Part shown: positions 37,179-50,308 of the stretch, in pieces
How the letters are laid out: every line of letters begins with the position of its first letter
Position numbering within the stretch: the first letter of the stretch is position 1
Assembly (NCBI RefSeq): GCF_003704095.1
Contig: NW_020845304.1
Span: forward strand, 186,001 to 250,000
DNA: 64,000 bases
Direction: 5' to 3'
Source: Pocillopora damicornis
Lineage: Eukaryota
Program-made: the position numbers and the translations under genes
The notes under the pieces: model-generated
Seen by the model: only the letters and a program-made list of their open reading frames with translations
Told to the model about the DNA's origin: nothing
The model's database searches: none

Positions 37179-38345
37179 TTACAGTCTTCTTTTCATCTTT
37201 GAGTTATATCTTTACTGTTTTACGGCAACGGTGAAATTGCTAACCTCATGACTGCCATAAACATTCAGCAGTGTTTGGAGTGCGGTCTGCAAGTTTGACT
37301 TTTTTTCCTTACCTCTTCTCCTAAACCTTCAATATGCTTTAACTAAATTGAGCACAGAAAAGATTTGTTTGATACAAAACATGCCTCGAGTCAGTTAAGA
37401 GGTTGTATGTGATAGTTTCGGGGTAAGCACCGGCAAAAAGGCAAAACTGCAGATTTTAGTGTTGACTCTGGATTGAAAGCCTCTTCCGTTCGACAGGATT
37501 ACTGCAGATACTTGTAAAGTGATAGACAAATTTTGCTTTTAATTGAAATTACCCATCTTGGCAGCAGCTGATGCTGAATTGACCTGCTAATCTCCACTGC
37601 CGACTTTTTATGATTAAACTGCCGCCTGCACAACAGACCTAATGTCGCAGACATGTCGGATTAGCAAAAAAACGCTGTAAAAAATTGGTTACCATTAAAT
37701 ATTCTAAACCGCTTCTTTACGCCAAAAGAAATTTGCCAATTAAGACTAATTGACTGCATTACCCCACATTCTTTGACCAACACAAAACGAAGGGCAATCA
37801 AAAATGAGCAGGACAGCTTGTTGATCAAGTTATGCTGGACTTTTTCAAGAAAATTGTATGGTCTAATTAATCCAAGAACGATTTTTCGACTCAAAGACTG
37901 GGTAATCTAAGCATGGAGTCTTCTAAGCTGTAACATTTTTATGTGAATTCTCTCCAAATCATTTTAAAACAAGCTTGTGAAATTAAGTCCAATAATGACA
38001 CATTTTTCATGAGATATTAAGTGAGGATAATATTAGTTATTTCTATCTTCATTCCGATGCTGCTTGCGACTGTAAAATGTGGAAAACGATACATCATCAC
38101 CAAACGCATTGCTGACGTCTTCACGTATTCAAGTTATATTTTATTCGTAATTATACATAGCTTTTCGTTGCAAAAATTATATATACCTCTAGCACAATTC
38201 TTAATAAATATTCAGTAGTTTTAATAGCTCGACTAATCCAAGCGACCCTCATTTTAAAGACACTCCAGAAATTCATTTCCGCTCGGAGAGCAATTTGAGA
38301 TAGGTACATGATACCGAAAAAATTGATTGTAACGCTGGGCTAGCG

Positions 38346-40027
38346 TCACCAAGGTCTCCACAAAGATGTGTCGAATGCAGTAGAGGCATTTGCGGGTAAG
38401 GTTAAAGGTAGAAGTTGCAATGCAGTGTCATTTGGTAAGATCAAGGCTGGAATACCATTACTAAGCATAAAGGGTGACATAGAGGGCGACATCGTTGGCG
38501 GAAAAGGCAGTAATTTCCTTTCTGAATGGTTGTGAAGAGGTGACGAAGGTGGTGAAGGGAATTTTGTTGCCATACTTCCGTCGGCGAAAGCCGTGTTCGC
38601 GCCAACTTTTGGTTTAGTGGCGGGAAAAGATGACGACAGCGTTGCGTGGGCTTGTTGTCGCGAGACTGACATATCGGTGGGGGAATGATGAGGGTCTTTT
38701 TGCTGCTGACAGGTTGACGCTAAGTGTGATAGGAGCTGTGTGCGAACCGGGACAGTAATATTGTCTGCTGTCATCAGGAATTGAGAAACTTTGGCAGCAC
38801 ACTCGTTGAACCCTGCTCGATACTTAGCGATTGCAGAAGCGTCTTCTGCGAAGGAAAAAAAAAAAAGATGCCCATGATAAGTATCATATTTCAAATCCCT
38901 AGCACTTAACATTCTTAATTGGCACCTCCGATTTTGATGGATGTGGGCGGAATGTTTGATGCCTTCGGAATTCTGAGGTTTAACCATCTCGTTAAAATTT
39001 CACAGTGCCAACATCAAAAAGGCTCGAAAAGCTTTTACTCACCAGCACCGGTAAAATAAAAGTGAAAAAAGGATATGAAATAAAAAATCATAAAGTGGTG
39101 TGCAAGCAACGTGTTGAATTCTCGACAAAAGAATCGGTGAGGTGTGATTTAAGATAAGATCGAGGAACAAAGATCAACACAATTAAAGAACGTTACTCTC
39201 TCAGGCTGTTAGCGTTGAAAGATGATTAGTAGTTCATTTGTTCGAACTTGTTGCTAAAGAGAAAATAAATTTTGTGTTTGTTTAAAATAACGTTTTCGAA
39301 GATCTCAAAGAAATTAAAAAATTTTTAGTACGATGTGACGGAGAAAAGTAAATCAACGTAGGCCAGGATGCACAAAAATTAAAAAGTAGCTGGCTGAACA
39401 TATTTAATCTTAAAATTGCTAGTTGAATGTAGTGAACAAAACAATGCGTTTTACTGCCTTACCTTGGTGTTGCTTAATATGCAAAGTCCTCTCAGTGTTC
39501 AATGAGCGAAGGTATTTCACAGTCATTTCCAAAATATCGGCCTTTTCCATTTTGGAATACCTTGACACCTGTTGGAAAAGACAGAAGATAAGAATACTGA
39601 AACCAAATAATGATTTATTTTTCAATGTGAATTTTCTAATACTTACATCTCTTTTCATCGCCTCCAATACAAGAGTTTTCAATTCGTTCAGACTGTCATT
39701 AATTCTTGCTCGACGCATCTTTTCCATAAGTGGTTTTTTAGACTGCAAGGCAAAACAAACTTTTCTTTTAATTAATTATTTCAATTTTTCGAGAAAAGAA
39801 TAATTACTCTCTCTGAGCAAAATACACATTTGCGGTGGGAATTGCCGATTAAAATCCACATTTGCAACCATATTTTGAAATTTAAGGAGCCCTATAACAT
39901 GTAACTAAATGTACAATAGCGAGTTGTGAATTAAAAAGCTATGACTACTTCTTCAAGATACCTTCTTTGTTTCCTTTTTAGCACTGCGTTGAGCATTCAT
40001 AACGGGTTTTAAAATTTCTACATCCAT
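38346..40027 (-). CDS. HES: HES-b: Hairy/E(spl) family bHLH-Orange-WRPW repressor, ~255 aa
   Basis: Exons 40027-39962, 39742-39647, 39568-39463, 38845-38346. [32 protein letters not shown]|[20 protein letters not shown]; canonical Orange [17 protein letters not shown]...[11 protein letters not shown]; ends WRPW*. Confidence 0.97.
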
Positions 40028-40146
40028 TTGTGCTGTCAAGTTTACGCGTGCGATCCGCTCACTTGTGGCAGTATAAAATACTTCGGCACGCTTCTAACCG
40101 ACCCTAGGGCGTAATACAAGCAACCGGCATGCGTGTTTTAATATTC

Positions 40147-40386
40147 TTTTTATAGTTCGCACCGTGGGAAAAAATCCTTAGTCGTGTGTCAACTCTCGCA
40201 CTTATTTACAAACAGCTATTCATATTCAATAGCTGGAACAGTAAACAAAGGCTTCTCTGATGCCGGACCGTGGGAATGCTCTGCGCTGATTGGAAGACAA
40301 CGCGAAAGGTCACGGGGTTAAGTTGTATGACAGGCTCTTGAGCTTCAGTGGTGCGTTGAGGGCGTGAGAACATTGCATGCGATTGG
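40147..40386 (-). promoter_or_regulatory. HES-b promoter: TATA, three Su(H)/CSL sites, two CCAAT boxes
   Basis: TATAAAAA 40154-40147; CGTGGGAA 40163-40170 and 40269-40276; CGTGAGAA 40363-40370; ATTGG at 40289 and 40382. Confidence 0.85.
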
Positions 40387-43300
40387 TCTGAATATCTCAA
40401 TAGCTTCTTGCAATTAACAAGTCGCGCGACTTACTTTGTGGAACTTCAACTTAGCGCGCGCCGATAGAAGTAATCTTTTAGAGTTCTCGTGCCCAGTGAT
40501 GTTCCCCTCAAGTGGGTTTATTCTTTTCAAACTGTCTGTTTATGTCGTGATTTCAAAGGTGTTGCCCCCTTAACACAGTAGCAGGCTTTTGCTCGTGAAT
40601 ATGTGTAAACATCGTCGTTAATTCGACCCCTTCCCACGTGCTTGGCGGAGTTGAGTTGCCCATTATGTAAGATGTTTTCATAAGATTTGAGTTTCTATTG
40701 TGGGATTGTTTAGATGAGGGATCATACCACAAGGGAACAGAAGAACACAATAAAGCAAAGGAATGTTCCCACGGTCGCTTCAAACCCATTTAATTCGAAG
40801 TCTCTTTGTAGGCTTAACCTTTCAATCAGGTTGTTAAACCTATTTTGAAATTCGTTTCTAACTATCATTAAAATTTTTTCTGTTAACATCAGATCATCAG
40901 AGGAGAATACTCAGCGTTTTTTCAACATTTCTATAACGAATTTGTCCGGGCAGATTTTTGTTGTTCAGTTATGCGATGAATTGTTTAGTTGATAATCAGT
41001 TCGTGTGGAACAAATTACAGCGGGTCGTTGAACTCTGATCAGCAACGCTCTGTATAAAGCCTTTTTAGACATTTGCAGTGCATTGGAGAAGAAAATTAGA
41101 AACGTCTTAAAAATAAGGCTGCTGATAACATATGCGGGTGGTCTTGCAAAATTTAAGCCAGCTTGCGAAGGGAAGTTTCACTACAGAGCTCCCTCCATAT
41201 ACTGATCCAATTAAGTATGTATCACCCCCCTAAAATATAGAAATTTTACTTTCCTTGCTGGGGGGTGCAGAACCGTGTGCAAATAGACGTTTGATTTCAT
41301 GAAACCTTTCCACTTTATCCACAATTTTAATCTGTACATCAGAAAAACTGGCAATCAATGCCGAACGCGACTCAATGACTCGCTGCAGCAAACATTCACA
41401 GGCAGGCAATCTTGGCCCGCGCGTTGTTGTTAACAATATCGATAATGTCAAAACTTTGGCTTGTGATAGTGTTGATAATCAGCTTATCTTAAGATGGAGA
41501 GTGAAGATAACAAATTCCAGTCATAGATATTGGCGCGTGCCGCCGGCGTGCTGCTGCTAACACAGCACGCCGTCTAACGGTGGGGTCAGGAAGCGTTGCG
41601 ACCATCCCTTTCACCGCTCACCCTTCTCCACTCTAAACAGTTTACTACACACGATAAACTTTTCAGCTGTATAAAGGGTATTATCATGGCTTAACAACAA
41701 ACTCTCTCTCTTTTTTATAAGGAAACGTAGAGCTACTAGCTGGGAGAATTGCTTGTGAGGTCCTAATACTCTCGCTGACGAGGTTCTGTAGTTCCATCGT
41801 TAGATTTAATCTCCTCACGTAAAGTCATATAAAATCTAACGCATAGATCTGAGAATTTAGTAGCTGGTCAAGATTTATAGAGGTTAACATCAAGAACACG
41901 GAAATGATACGTCACTGGAACTGATCTGTTGTTTCCGGAGCGTGTTAACGATACTGAATGTACAATATTACTTCAGAATTTCAAAGATGAATATTAATGT
42001 TCTACAAAGCAGCGAGGGTCTTTTTCCTTACTGACGTTGAACTTTCATCCTTGGTACGTGATACAGAAGGGTAGAAGTCACTTCGTAAATACCCTCCCCT
42101 CCCCCTCGGAAAGGGTGTGGTTGTGACCTCAACTCTTTCAGAAACAGTTTTGTAACCACTTACAGCTCCAAGACCGACAAAAGTTAATCAAAAAACAGTA
42201 TAAAGCGGTTGCTTTTTATTACCCAAGTTTAAATCCCTGGAATGTGACAAATTTATTAACTGTTGATCGCAAAATGGCCAATCTTATATTGATCACAGTG
42301 TTTTTAAGTCGTTAATCTCGCTAGCCGTCAAAAGTATTTCGGCAAAGAGGGAAGACACACCTAAGCATAATATCATAGCAGCAACATATGTAAGTGAATT
42401 AAGACTTTTCACAGTATCACATTATAACAAGGCGTCTCATCTATGTCACAGACCTAATTAAAAAAGGATGTCATGATAACACAACTTTCAAGCTAAAGAC
42501 AAGTTCTTTGATATGCCCGGATATTGCTTTTGTGCTTGCCAAGAGTAGATTGAGCTTTTTCAGTTGCATTACCGCTCGGTATTGTAATTCAATATTTGAT
42601 GGCTGTTAAGTGTTCGGAAGTGAGCAGTATTGGAGTGGAAAAATGAACGTAAAGTTAGTTTGAAAAACGTTCCAGAACTTTCCTTCGTCCCTACTAGAAA
42701 TTTGCGCGTCGTTGTTTCATTGCTGTACTGAATACGTTGCGTCGTTACTCGTTCTTAAAATGAAACGAAAAGAGCGATGGATTTTCATTACATGAAACTG
42801 ACTCAAAATAAACAGTAGCTGATTTTTAGCTACTCAATCCCATTTTCATACAAAGACTCAGCCCGAGTTATTCTGCTACAATTTATTCCCTCGACCTTCG
42901 CTAGAACCTTCCCTTTCATGTAGCGAAAATCAATAATGATTAAAGTAAATTCTCAGTGTCTCGGTTTCCCTCGACGCTTTGTTTATTTTATTTATTCACA
43001 GATTTCCAACAGGGCGGAAATAACCTTGTATACTGTCTTAGCCACATTGAATGGTATTCTCCAACAGACTCTATGGCTTTTAGGGCTATACAATGGGTTA
43101 ACACAATCTTCTGGTTTTAAATATAGACAGTCAAATTAAAATTTACATCTCACAACCACTGTAATAAACACTTAAAATATCGAATACTGTTTTAAGAAGT
43201 AAGCTATAATTGGCCAAATGCATTCTACAGAATTTATAATCCGTAAACTTGTAAACATGATTGAACGTGAATACAGTAGAACAATGAAATTAACACCCGC

Positions 43301-45207
43301 TGATAAGTCAGTTAAAAAAATACAAAGCACCTTTTAAATTTTCCGAGCAAGTAAACACCCAGATTTACTACTTCCTGTCGTGTAGAATCCAGCCAAAGTA
43401 TCACTCAATTTCGACAGACTATCAAGAAACAAACAAGGTGTTTCAGGGGTGAAGTTTTCTAAGGGGGTATCGATCGAACAAAGTTCAAAGTCTGGAAGTG
43501 AGATTTCACTCGCAGAAAGGCCGCAGTAAATAGAGGATAATGAGTTTATCGGATCATGTGGGTTAGTATACGTTTTATGCACTGATATATCAGCGGAAGT
43601 GAGAATCATTTAATACAAGGCTCTTCAGTGGTCTATACTGGCAATCTACCAACTTCTAATAGTCTCTTCTGGATTTTGTCGGTACGCACTTCCCTCGCGG
43701 AGCCAGGAACTCATCTTCTTTAAGTATTCCTAAGTGCTTCTAAAGACCGACAAAGACCCAAACTTTCCAACTCGATGTTTCTGCATTATCAGCCAATATG
43801 GTTAGCTATCACTTAGCTTGCAAAAACCGTTTTTCATTTGGATAGAGAGGGAGCCGTTTTTTCCCCGTTTTCAGTTATAGAGTATCGTCTGTTTATGGTT
43901 AACTGGTTGGCAGTTTGCTTAAGCTGGCAGGACGCCGGTTTGAAAACCTTAACCTAAGAAAGACAAAAAAATCAATCCAGAGTTGATTTCTTCTCAAAAC
44001 TTAACCAAAGATCCAAAATTTTTCTATGGTTTCGTTCATATGGGTATGACCGTTGATGGATTACATTTCATTAGTTTCAGTTAGTTTTACGGAGTATTGG
44101 GTTCAAACACTCTCCAAGTCGAATTTAAGCGATGAAAGACAATACGAGCAGCAGAAAATCGCAATAATAATTTTTTGAATGGAATTTTTTATTCTTGACA
44201 CGCACTCAAGGCTCCAAAATTTTAATTGCTACAAGGCGCCATTTTGAATACTTTAAGGTTTAAAGGAACTGAAGCTAAAACAGTGTTATGGTTGCTCTAA
44301 GCCTGGGTAATAATCCCGTATCTAAAGGCTGATCGTTTGATAAGTCAGTGTGTACACATTCCTAGCTAGAATTAAAGTTTAGGGGACGAGTAAAAATAAA
44401 AGAGGTTTATTTTAGGCAGGAATGTTGTTCATTGCGTGTTATTTTGTAGAGACCACCAGACATGACCGGCCAACAGTACAGGAGATTTGCCAGATTCCGC
44501 CGGATTAGCTTCAAATTTCCGCTGAAAAACGGCAGGAAATCGGCGATAACAAGATTATTCTTGGTGTAAATAATGGTGGTGGGTTTTTAGCCTCGTGATT
44601 TATGATAGAAGAATTTTTTCTAGTCTTTAAATGACGCAGCACACTTGGAAAAACAAGAGTGCACAAGATTAAACTCTTCTTGGAAACACTCCGAAGTTCT
44701 TTCTTTTGATTACACCTGTGTCATTGATGAAAAACTTGAATTCCAACGGTCATGATTATTCTTGCGTACTGTATATACGCTTATGCAACAGAAAAGCGTC
44801 TGCCGGTGTCTACAAAAGTTTTATTAAAAAAAAAAAAAAAGCTTTTGTGATCACGGTAAGGAAAAACAACATTTGCCATGTCATTAAATTTCTTGTGGGA
44901 TTTAAAGCTAAAATAAAATTATCGCTGACTTCGTATCGTACTTTACCCTTTTTCCAACATGGACAACTAATCCGATTGATGTGTTTGCTTGCGCATGCGC
45001 ACACTGGCTAGAAAGACAATCGGCAAGAAAACAAATGAAATTAGACAAATCTTGATGTGAGCTGCTATTATAAAAATATAAAGTAACTCAGGACTTTGGG
45101 ACTGTGAATCCTGCTAGATAAGCAAATTAAAAGATTAAATTCCTTTTTCAAGACGTAGTCAACAGGTTATCTATCTTGAGTGAGTTCAATTCTTTAAGGA
45201 ATCCTTC

Positions 45208-45345
45208 TGGTCCCAGTTGTTTAAAGGGTAGATAATGCTATCCACTGCATGGATAAATCTCTATCCGTTGGATAGTGCAGTTCGCTTTTTGAACACTTAT
45301 CCGCTGGATAACGATTTACCCATTGAATAGCGTTATGCGTCATCC
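45208..45345. mobile_element. MITE-like element with internal TATCC...GGATA palindromes
   Basis: GGTCCCAGTTGTTTAAAGGGTAGATAATGCTATCCACTGCATGGATAAATCTCTATCCGTTGGATAG...TTATCCGCTGGATAA. Confidence 0.6.
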
Positions 45346-47067
45346 GCCGTTTGGTTTACTCTCTTGAAAAGCTTTCATAGACGAATCGCAAGGCGTCTCA
45401 GACTACTACTTCTGTGAACTGGATGAAAAATTTGCTCACGATATTCATGAGTTAACGAGCTGCATTTGTGCGAGGTGCTCTTCTTCGCGAAAGGACCTGA
45501 TATTAAGCAAGGTGCTTAGCTAGTTTGAGATGGAAATTAGTCTGTGGCCATTAATCATTTAAAATTTGGCGGGAAATTAAATATTCCACGTGCGAGCCGG
45601 CACGAGTTATTGACACCTGATCGTTTAGCGAAATAAATGGCCATGTTTGTTCTGAATAGTAAAGAAACCTGCTAATTGCTTCGTTCAAATGATGTCTATG
45701 AGTATTGCAGTTAATTAGTTGAGGCAAAACTGCCACGCTTTAACTGAATTGGTTTTTTTATGCAAATGCCGCACGTGCCTTAAAGAGGACAAATTGAAAT
45801 TCTGAATTAAAAGAGAATTTTCGAAATTTTCTGTTTGAATGCAATCTTTTCTATTTTCAGCAAGTAAAAGAATCTCCAATCTTCATTTCGAATTCCGCTT
45901 TCGAGTTCCGGAACTTCTAAGCCCACCACCTAAAAATACCTACTACATTTGCCGATTAAGTTGGATTTTCGATTTAAACTTCTACAGTTCAAGTTCCTTT
46001 TCGGTTCAGGATTTCCAACCCGTTTCATGAATGAGAGAAGGAAAGTGTCGGATATTAAAAATTTTCATCATTCGACAACTAAGCTGTTTCAAAAGTGCAT
46101 GGTAACTTCGTAGCCTAAACCGCAATTTTTGTTAATTGTAGCCACTGTCCAAAGCTGTTCCGTAATTACAACCAACTTTTGTCGTGGTTAATTGCAGTGT
46201 ATTTTGTCACTGCCATTGATTTTTGAAGCTCGTGTCTGACACAAAAGCGAAATGTCGTGTCTTCGTCAAATAAAATTATTTCGTAACTTTAAGCTAAAGC
46301 TGTTACAGGCCACACCTGTGTATGACATAAGCACATTTAATTAAAAAACGACTGAAACACGTGTCTTTTGAATAGCGGATGTTTTGGCGCGTATTTTGAC
46401 TTTTCGTCCGCTCCATGTCGATCCAAGGATAGTTACTTAGTTTGCTTTCTTTCATCTTAATTCTAAACCTGAAAAAGAGAAATGTGACGGATATTTTACT
46501 CAAGACTATTCTATCAACTATGTCTCTGAGCCTTGACTGATTACGGCAGCATCCAGGTGCTTCAGAAGACAAATAACAAACAGGGCCACTGGTTGAAATT
46601 CGCGGGAAAATTGGCGGGAAGTTTAATATTCCATGCGGCGTGCGCCCACTCCTCGCTGACACGTTTGCCTCAAAAATGTAAACTGTTTATACACTGAGAG
46701 CCTATTTCGTGCTCTTAAGAATTCAAACTTAAATTAACTGAGCTTCTTGGCACTCTAGCTTACGTTCATCTGTTACGAGGATTTAATTTTCTTTTAGAAC
46801 TTAAATCTGCCGCTCAAATCCTAACCTTTGTTAAGTCGCATCATTGTTGGCAACAGGTGTTAATAGGTTCTTTTCATTGAACGCGGCTCTGGCTTGCGTG
46901 TATTGTAAAACTTATTTCCTCTTGCACAAGGCTTAAATAAATCATTTTGGACGCATCTGGCGAAAGAGAACGGTATCGTCCTGCAGCTCACGTCTCACAG
47001 CGATTGTCTCATCGAAGATCAGAAATCCTAAGAATCTTTCAGGAAGTAGAGAGGAAAACTTTTTGCC

Positions 47068-49071
47068 ATGAAATTTCCAGTAACTCGTGCAGTGGATAAA
47101 AAGGTAAGTTAAGATATGAAGCAATGGCTCGTTGTAAATTCTTATATGTAATTATAAACAATAGTCTTGTTGAATGATTCGCGTCAGAATCAACCCTCAA
47201 ACCTGTTTGTTCCATGAATATTTCCATACTAAAATATGTTTGACCATAAACTTTTGCGGTTTTCGTGACGAGGCTGAGAAAATTTCTTCAGGATTAACAG
47301 TTTATTGTTCTCGGCTTAAGAATTCAGCGATATTAGTGCGCTCTCCTCACTACGCGCGCGTGAGGTAAAAGAACCATTTATTTGAGTGGTATTTGTAGTT
47401 AAATAAGAGACAGCTCTCTGTGTTAAGAAATCTTGGGGAAAAAATCTCTGAAATTTTAGAGCAAATTCAAATGATACCGTTAGAACATTTAAAACAGAAC
47501 GTTTCAGGCCGTATAGTGTTGTTAATTACACGCAGTCAGTGCATAAAGCGAGGATAACAATTTAATCCCAGAGACTCATACGAGTTCGAAATTAACAATT
47601 GAATCAATTTCCCTTCTGAATTGCAACGATGCTAAATTTTAATTCAGTTGTGTAGAACAGTGAGATCTCTGATTATTTTCACCTTCAACGCTCCTCTTAG
47701 CAGCAACCTCGTTTCTTTTGACAGGTAAACAAATCCATTCAAGATCGCCTTCGACGCAAAAGGATAAGCAAGAGCGTTGACGCACTTAGGGAGTTGGTGC
47801 TTGGACCTTCGATCGAACACGTGAGTTGAGTTGTTTCAGTCCAAGTATCCTCTTGACGTACTTACGAACGATCAATGGCAAGCCTCGAGCCAAGAAAACC
47901 TAAAATAAGACAGCCGGTTCCCCTGGCTTTTGCACTTGTCTCTGAAGTTGCTGAATACCTATGGCTAAAAACTTTATTCCAAAATGTTTTTATAAATGAA
48001 AAGCTTCGAAAAAAAACAACCCTGAAGCTTCTCAACAGCTGAAATGAAAGGGGAATCGATCTTGAACAAAATAATGAAAATAAGTTCATGAAAGTATTGC
48101 AAAATTTGTTGTAGGCTTTATTCAGTGACAAAAAACCATTGATTTCGCCACAATGATAGACATTTTGTTGCTGAATACGTAGCATTGAATGAAAATTTGC
48201 TCTTGCCATATGGAGGGTGTGACCCGCTCCAAAGAACCAAGCAGGCTTTATTAGCAGACTCTAATCAGCACTTCACATATTGCACGCGCTTGTGGTCTCT
48301 CATTCATTTTCATCTGCCTTTGCCTACGTTCAAAATACTTGTCACAGTCTGTTTTGATTCATTCCCGCGCATTTTGGCGCGCGGGCGGAACACGTTTTGA
48401 GCTAAACTCACTGAAGGACGAATTCATGCTTAGTTTTGGTTGAATTTGTTCCCTTTCAGACGAAGATCGGAAAAGCGGACATCCTTAAACTCACAGTACA
48501 ATATATCAGACGGCAGAAAGGTAGGAATTGTTCTTTTATCTCATCCAAACTTAATTATTCGCTCGCTGTTCACTTTGGAACTACCCAAATTCAGAGGGCG
48601 TCGGCTTCACAATATTGTCACGTTTAGTGATATACCGGTTTGTATAATTGCTTTAAGTCATCCAAATTCACTCATAATTGTATCACTGTCCTTGCAGAAC
48701 GTTTGGAAAATGTCGCAGAAGACCAAGGGACAGTAGAAATCTGCCAGAGAGAGTCAAGTGCCCTCATACCTTCATCTGGAAACAACTGTAAACTGTCAAT
48801 TTGTTCAACGAATGAGCAAACAAAACAAACAAATGAAATGAAAATCTTAGACAGAGACGTTAGTTCTGAGAATTCTAAGTTCTGTGACAACGAAGACGTC
48901 TCTGATCAACTCTTTTCGAGTCAGTCACAGATGTATTCTACCAGATCCAGCTTAATTGGAAACACGACCGAGGATTTTCGAAAACACGCTGTAAAGCGAA
49001 AGCCTTTCAGGGAACTGAATTACGATCAAAAGAGAAGGACTGACAGACAAACAATTTGGCGGCCTTGGTGA
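47068..49071 (+). CDS. HES-c: highly divergent HES-like bHLH-WRPW protein without Orange domain, ~188 aa
   Basis: Exons 47068-47103, 47725-47820 (96 nt like the paralogs), 48460-48520, 48698-49071; same intron phases 0,0,1. VNKSIQDRLRRKRISKSVDALRELVL|TKIGKADILKLTVQYIR; ends WRPW*. Exon 1 is the least certain. Confidence 0.86.
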
Positions 49072-50308
49072 GGCGCATGCGTTCTAAGCGACACCAGGTC
49101 CGAAATGATTCCATCTCATAGCCCCAAAACTTAAATAAAATTTATCTTAATCTTTTTGTTGCTGTATGAAACCAATAAAGGCTGAATAGGCATCGTTGTT
49201 GAATTGTTGAAAGAACGTCAGTAATCGGTGTGTGGGTATACTTTTCATCAAGTTGTATTTTGAAGTTGTATCGGAAAGGAAAAGAAAGTCCTAAGAGGAA
49301 ATGTTTAACCAAAACGTCTGAGCTATGTTGTAGAAGTCTCGAGTGCCAGGAAAATTCAATCTGGCTAAAGAAAACTCATCTCGACATTGTTAATTTGCGC
49401 ACTTAACAAAGGGGGTTGGGTTCTAAAGAAACTGTTGTTCTGTGCCGTGGGAGAGTTTAACATGGTATTTTGGTATTATTAACCGAGTTGAGCTGAGGGC
49501 TTCGCTATGACGAAGGTCCTAACGCTCGAAACGTTAGCTTTGAAACTCTTTACAGTGGCAAATTTACGTTATCAACACAGTTGATAACACCAAAATACCT
49601 TGCGCAATTAACAGTTCAACGAGCTCTGGCTTTTACATAATTTTCGCTCTATTCCGTAAGTAGCGGTAAACTGTAATAGGTGCATTTATCCAGAGGGTCT
49701 CTATGACCCGATTCAAATTTTTCATCATCGCCAAGTTACACTCGAGCAAAAATCGAGTTCTCTAACATTGTCTGACAATAAAGGCGGTGGTCACGGCAGA
49801 ACACAGTCACGAATACTCGAAACTTCAATGATCTGAGGTTAACTTTTTGGACCATAAGTTATGGCTGGCTAAGGGCCGGTAGGATTCCTTCAGAGTACGA
49901 TATACAGTTTCATATGGGAGAATGGTCATAAAAAAATCGAATTAAGATCATCTTTCCGAAGTCTTTAGACCACTGGAAGTGTGCATTATTCCATCGCAAA
50001 TTACTGATTACTATATCTGCTCCTCCCAAAAGAAAACCGCAAATTTTCATTAAATTAATCCTTTCTTTATTATAAACTGCCAAGCAGTAATTTGCATAAA
50101 AATTTACAAATAATCTCTTTCACTCTGTCATTCATAATAATCTTTAAAAAGCTATATACAATAATTATTTACGCCGGCGAAGAAAAGCAAATATCGAAAC
50201 CACACTCAGTGCGTTAAATTATGACAGGAATCCTGCCGTGGATTTGCGTGAACGTCTTCTTTGTAGCGCTTATTTCTAGTATTTTAAATACAGTTCAGAG
50301 TTCATTTG

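Noticed and set aside
38846-38987. N-terminus of the 213-aa ORF as a single-exon gene
   Set aside because: Intronic; a polypyrimidine tract and acceptor precede 38845. The same applies to the ORF-track starts of the other WRPW ORFs.
39423-39803. 126-aa plus-strand ORF
   Set aside because: Antisense shadow of HES-b exons 2-3.
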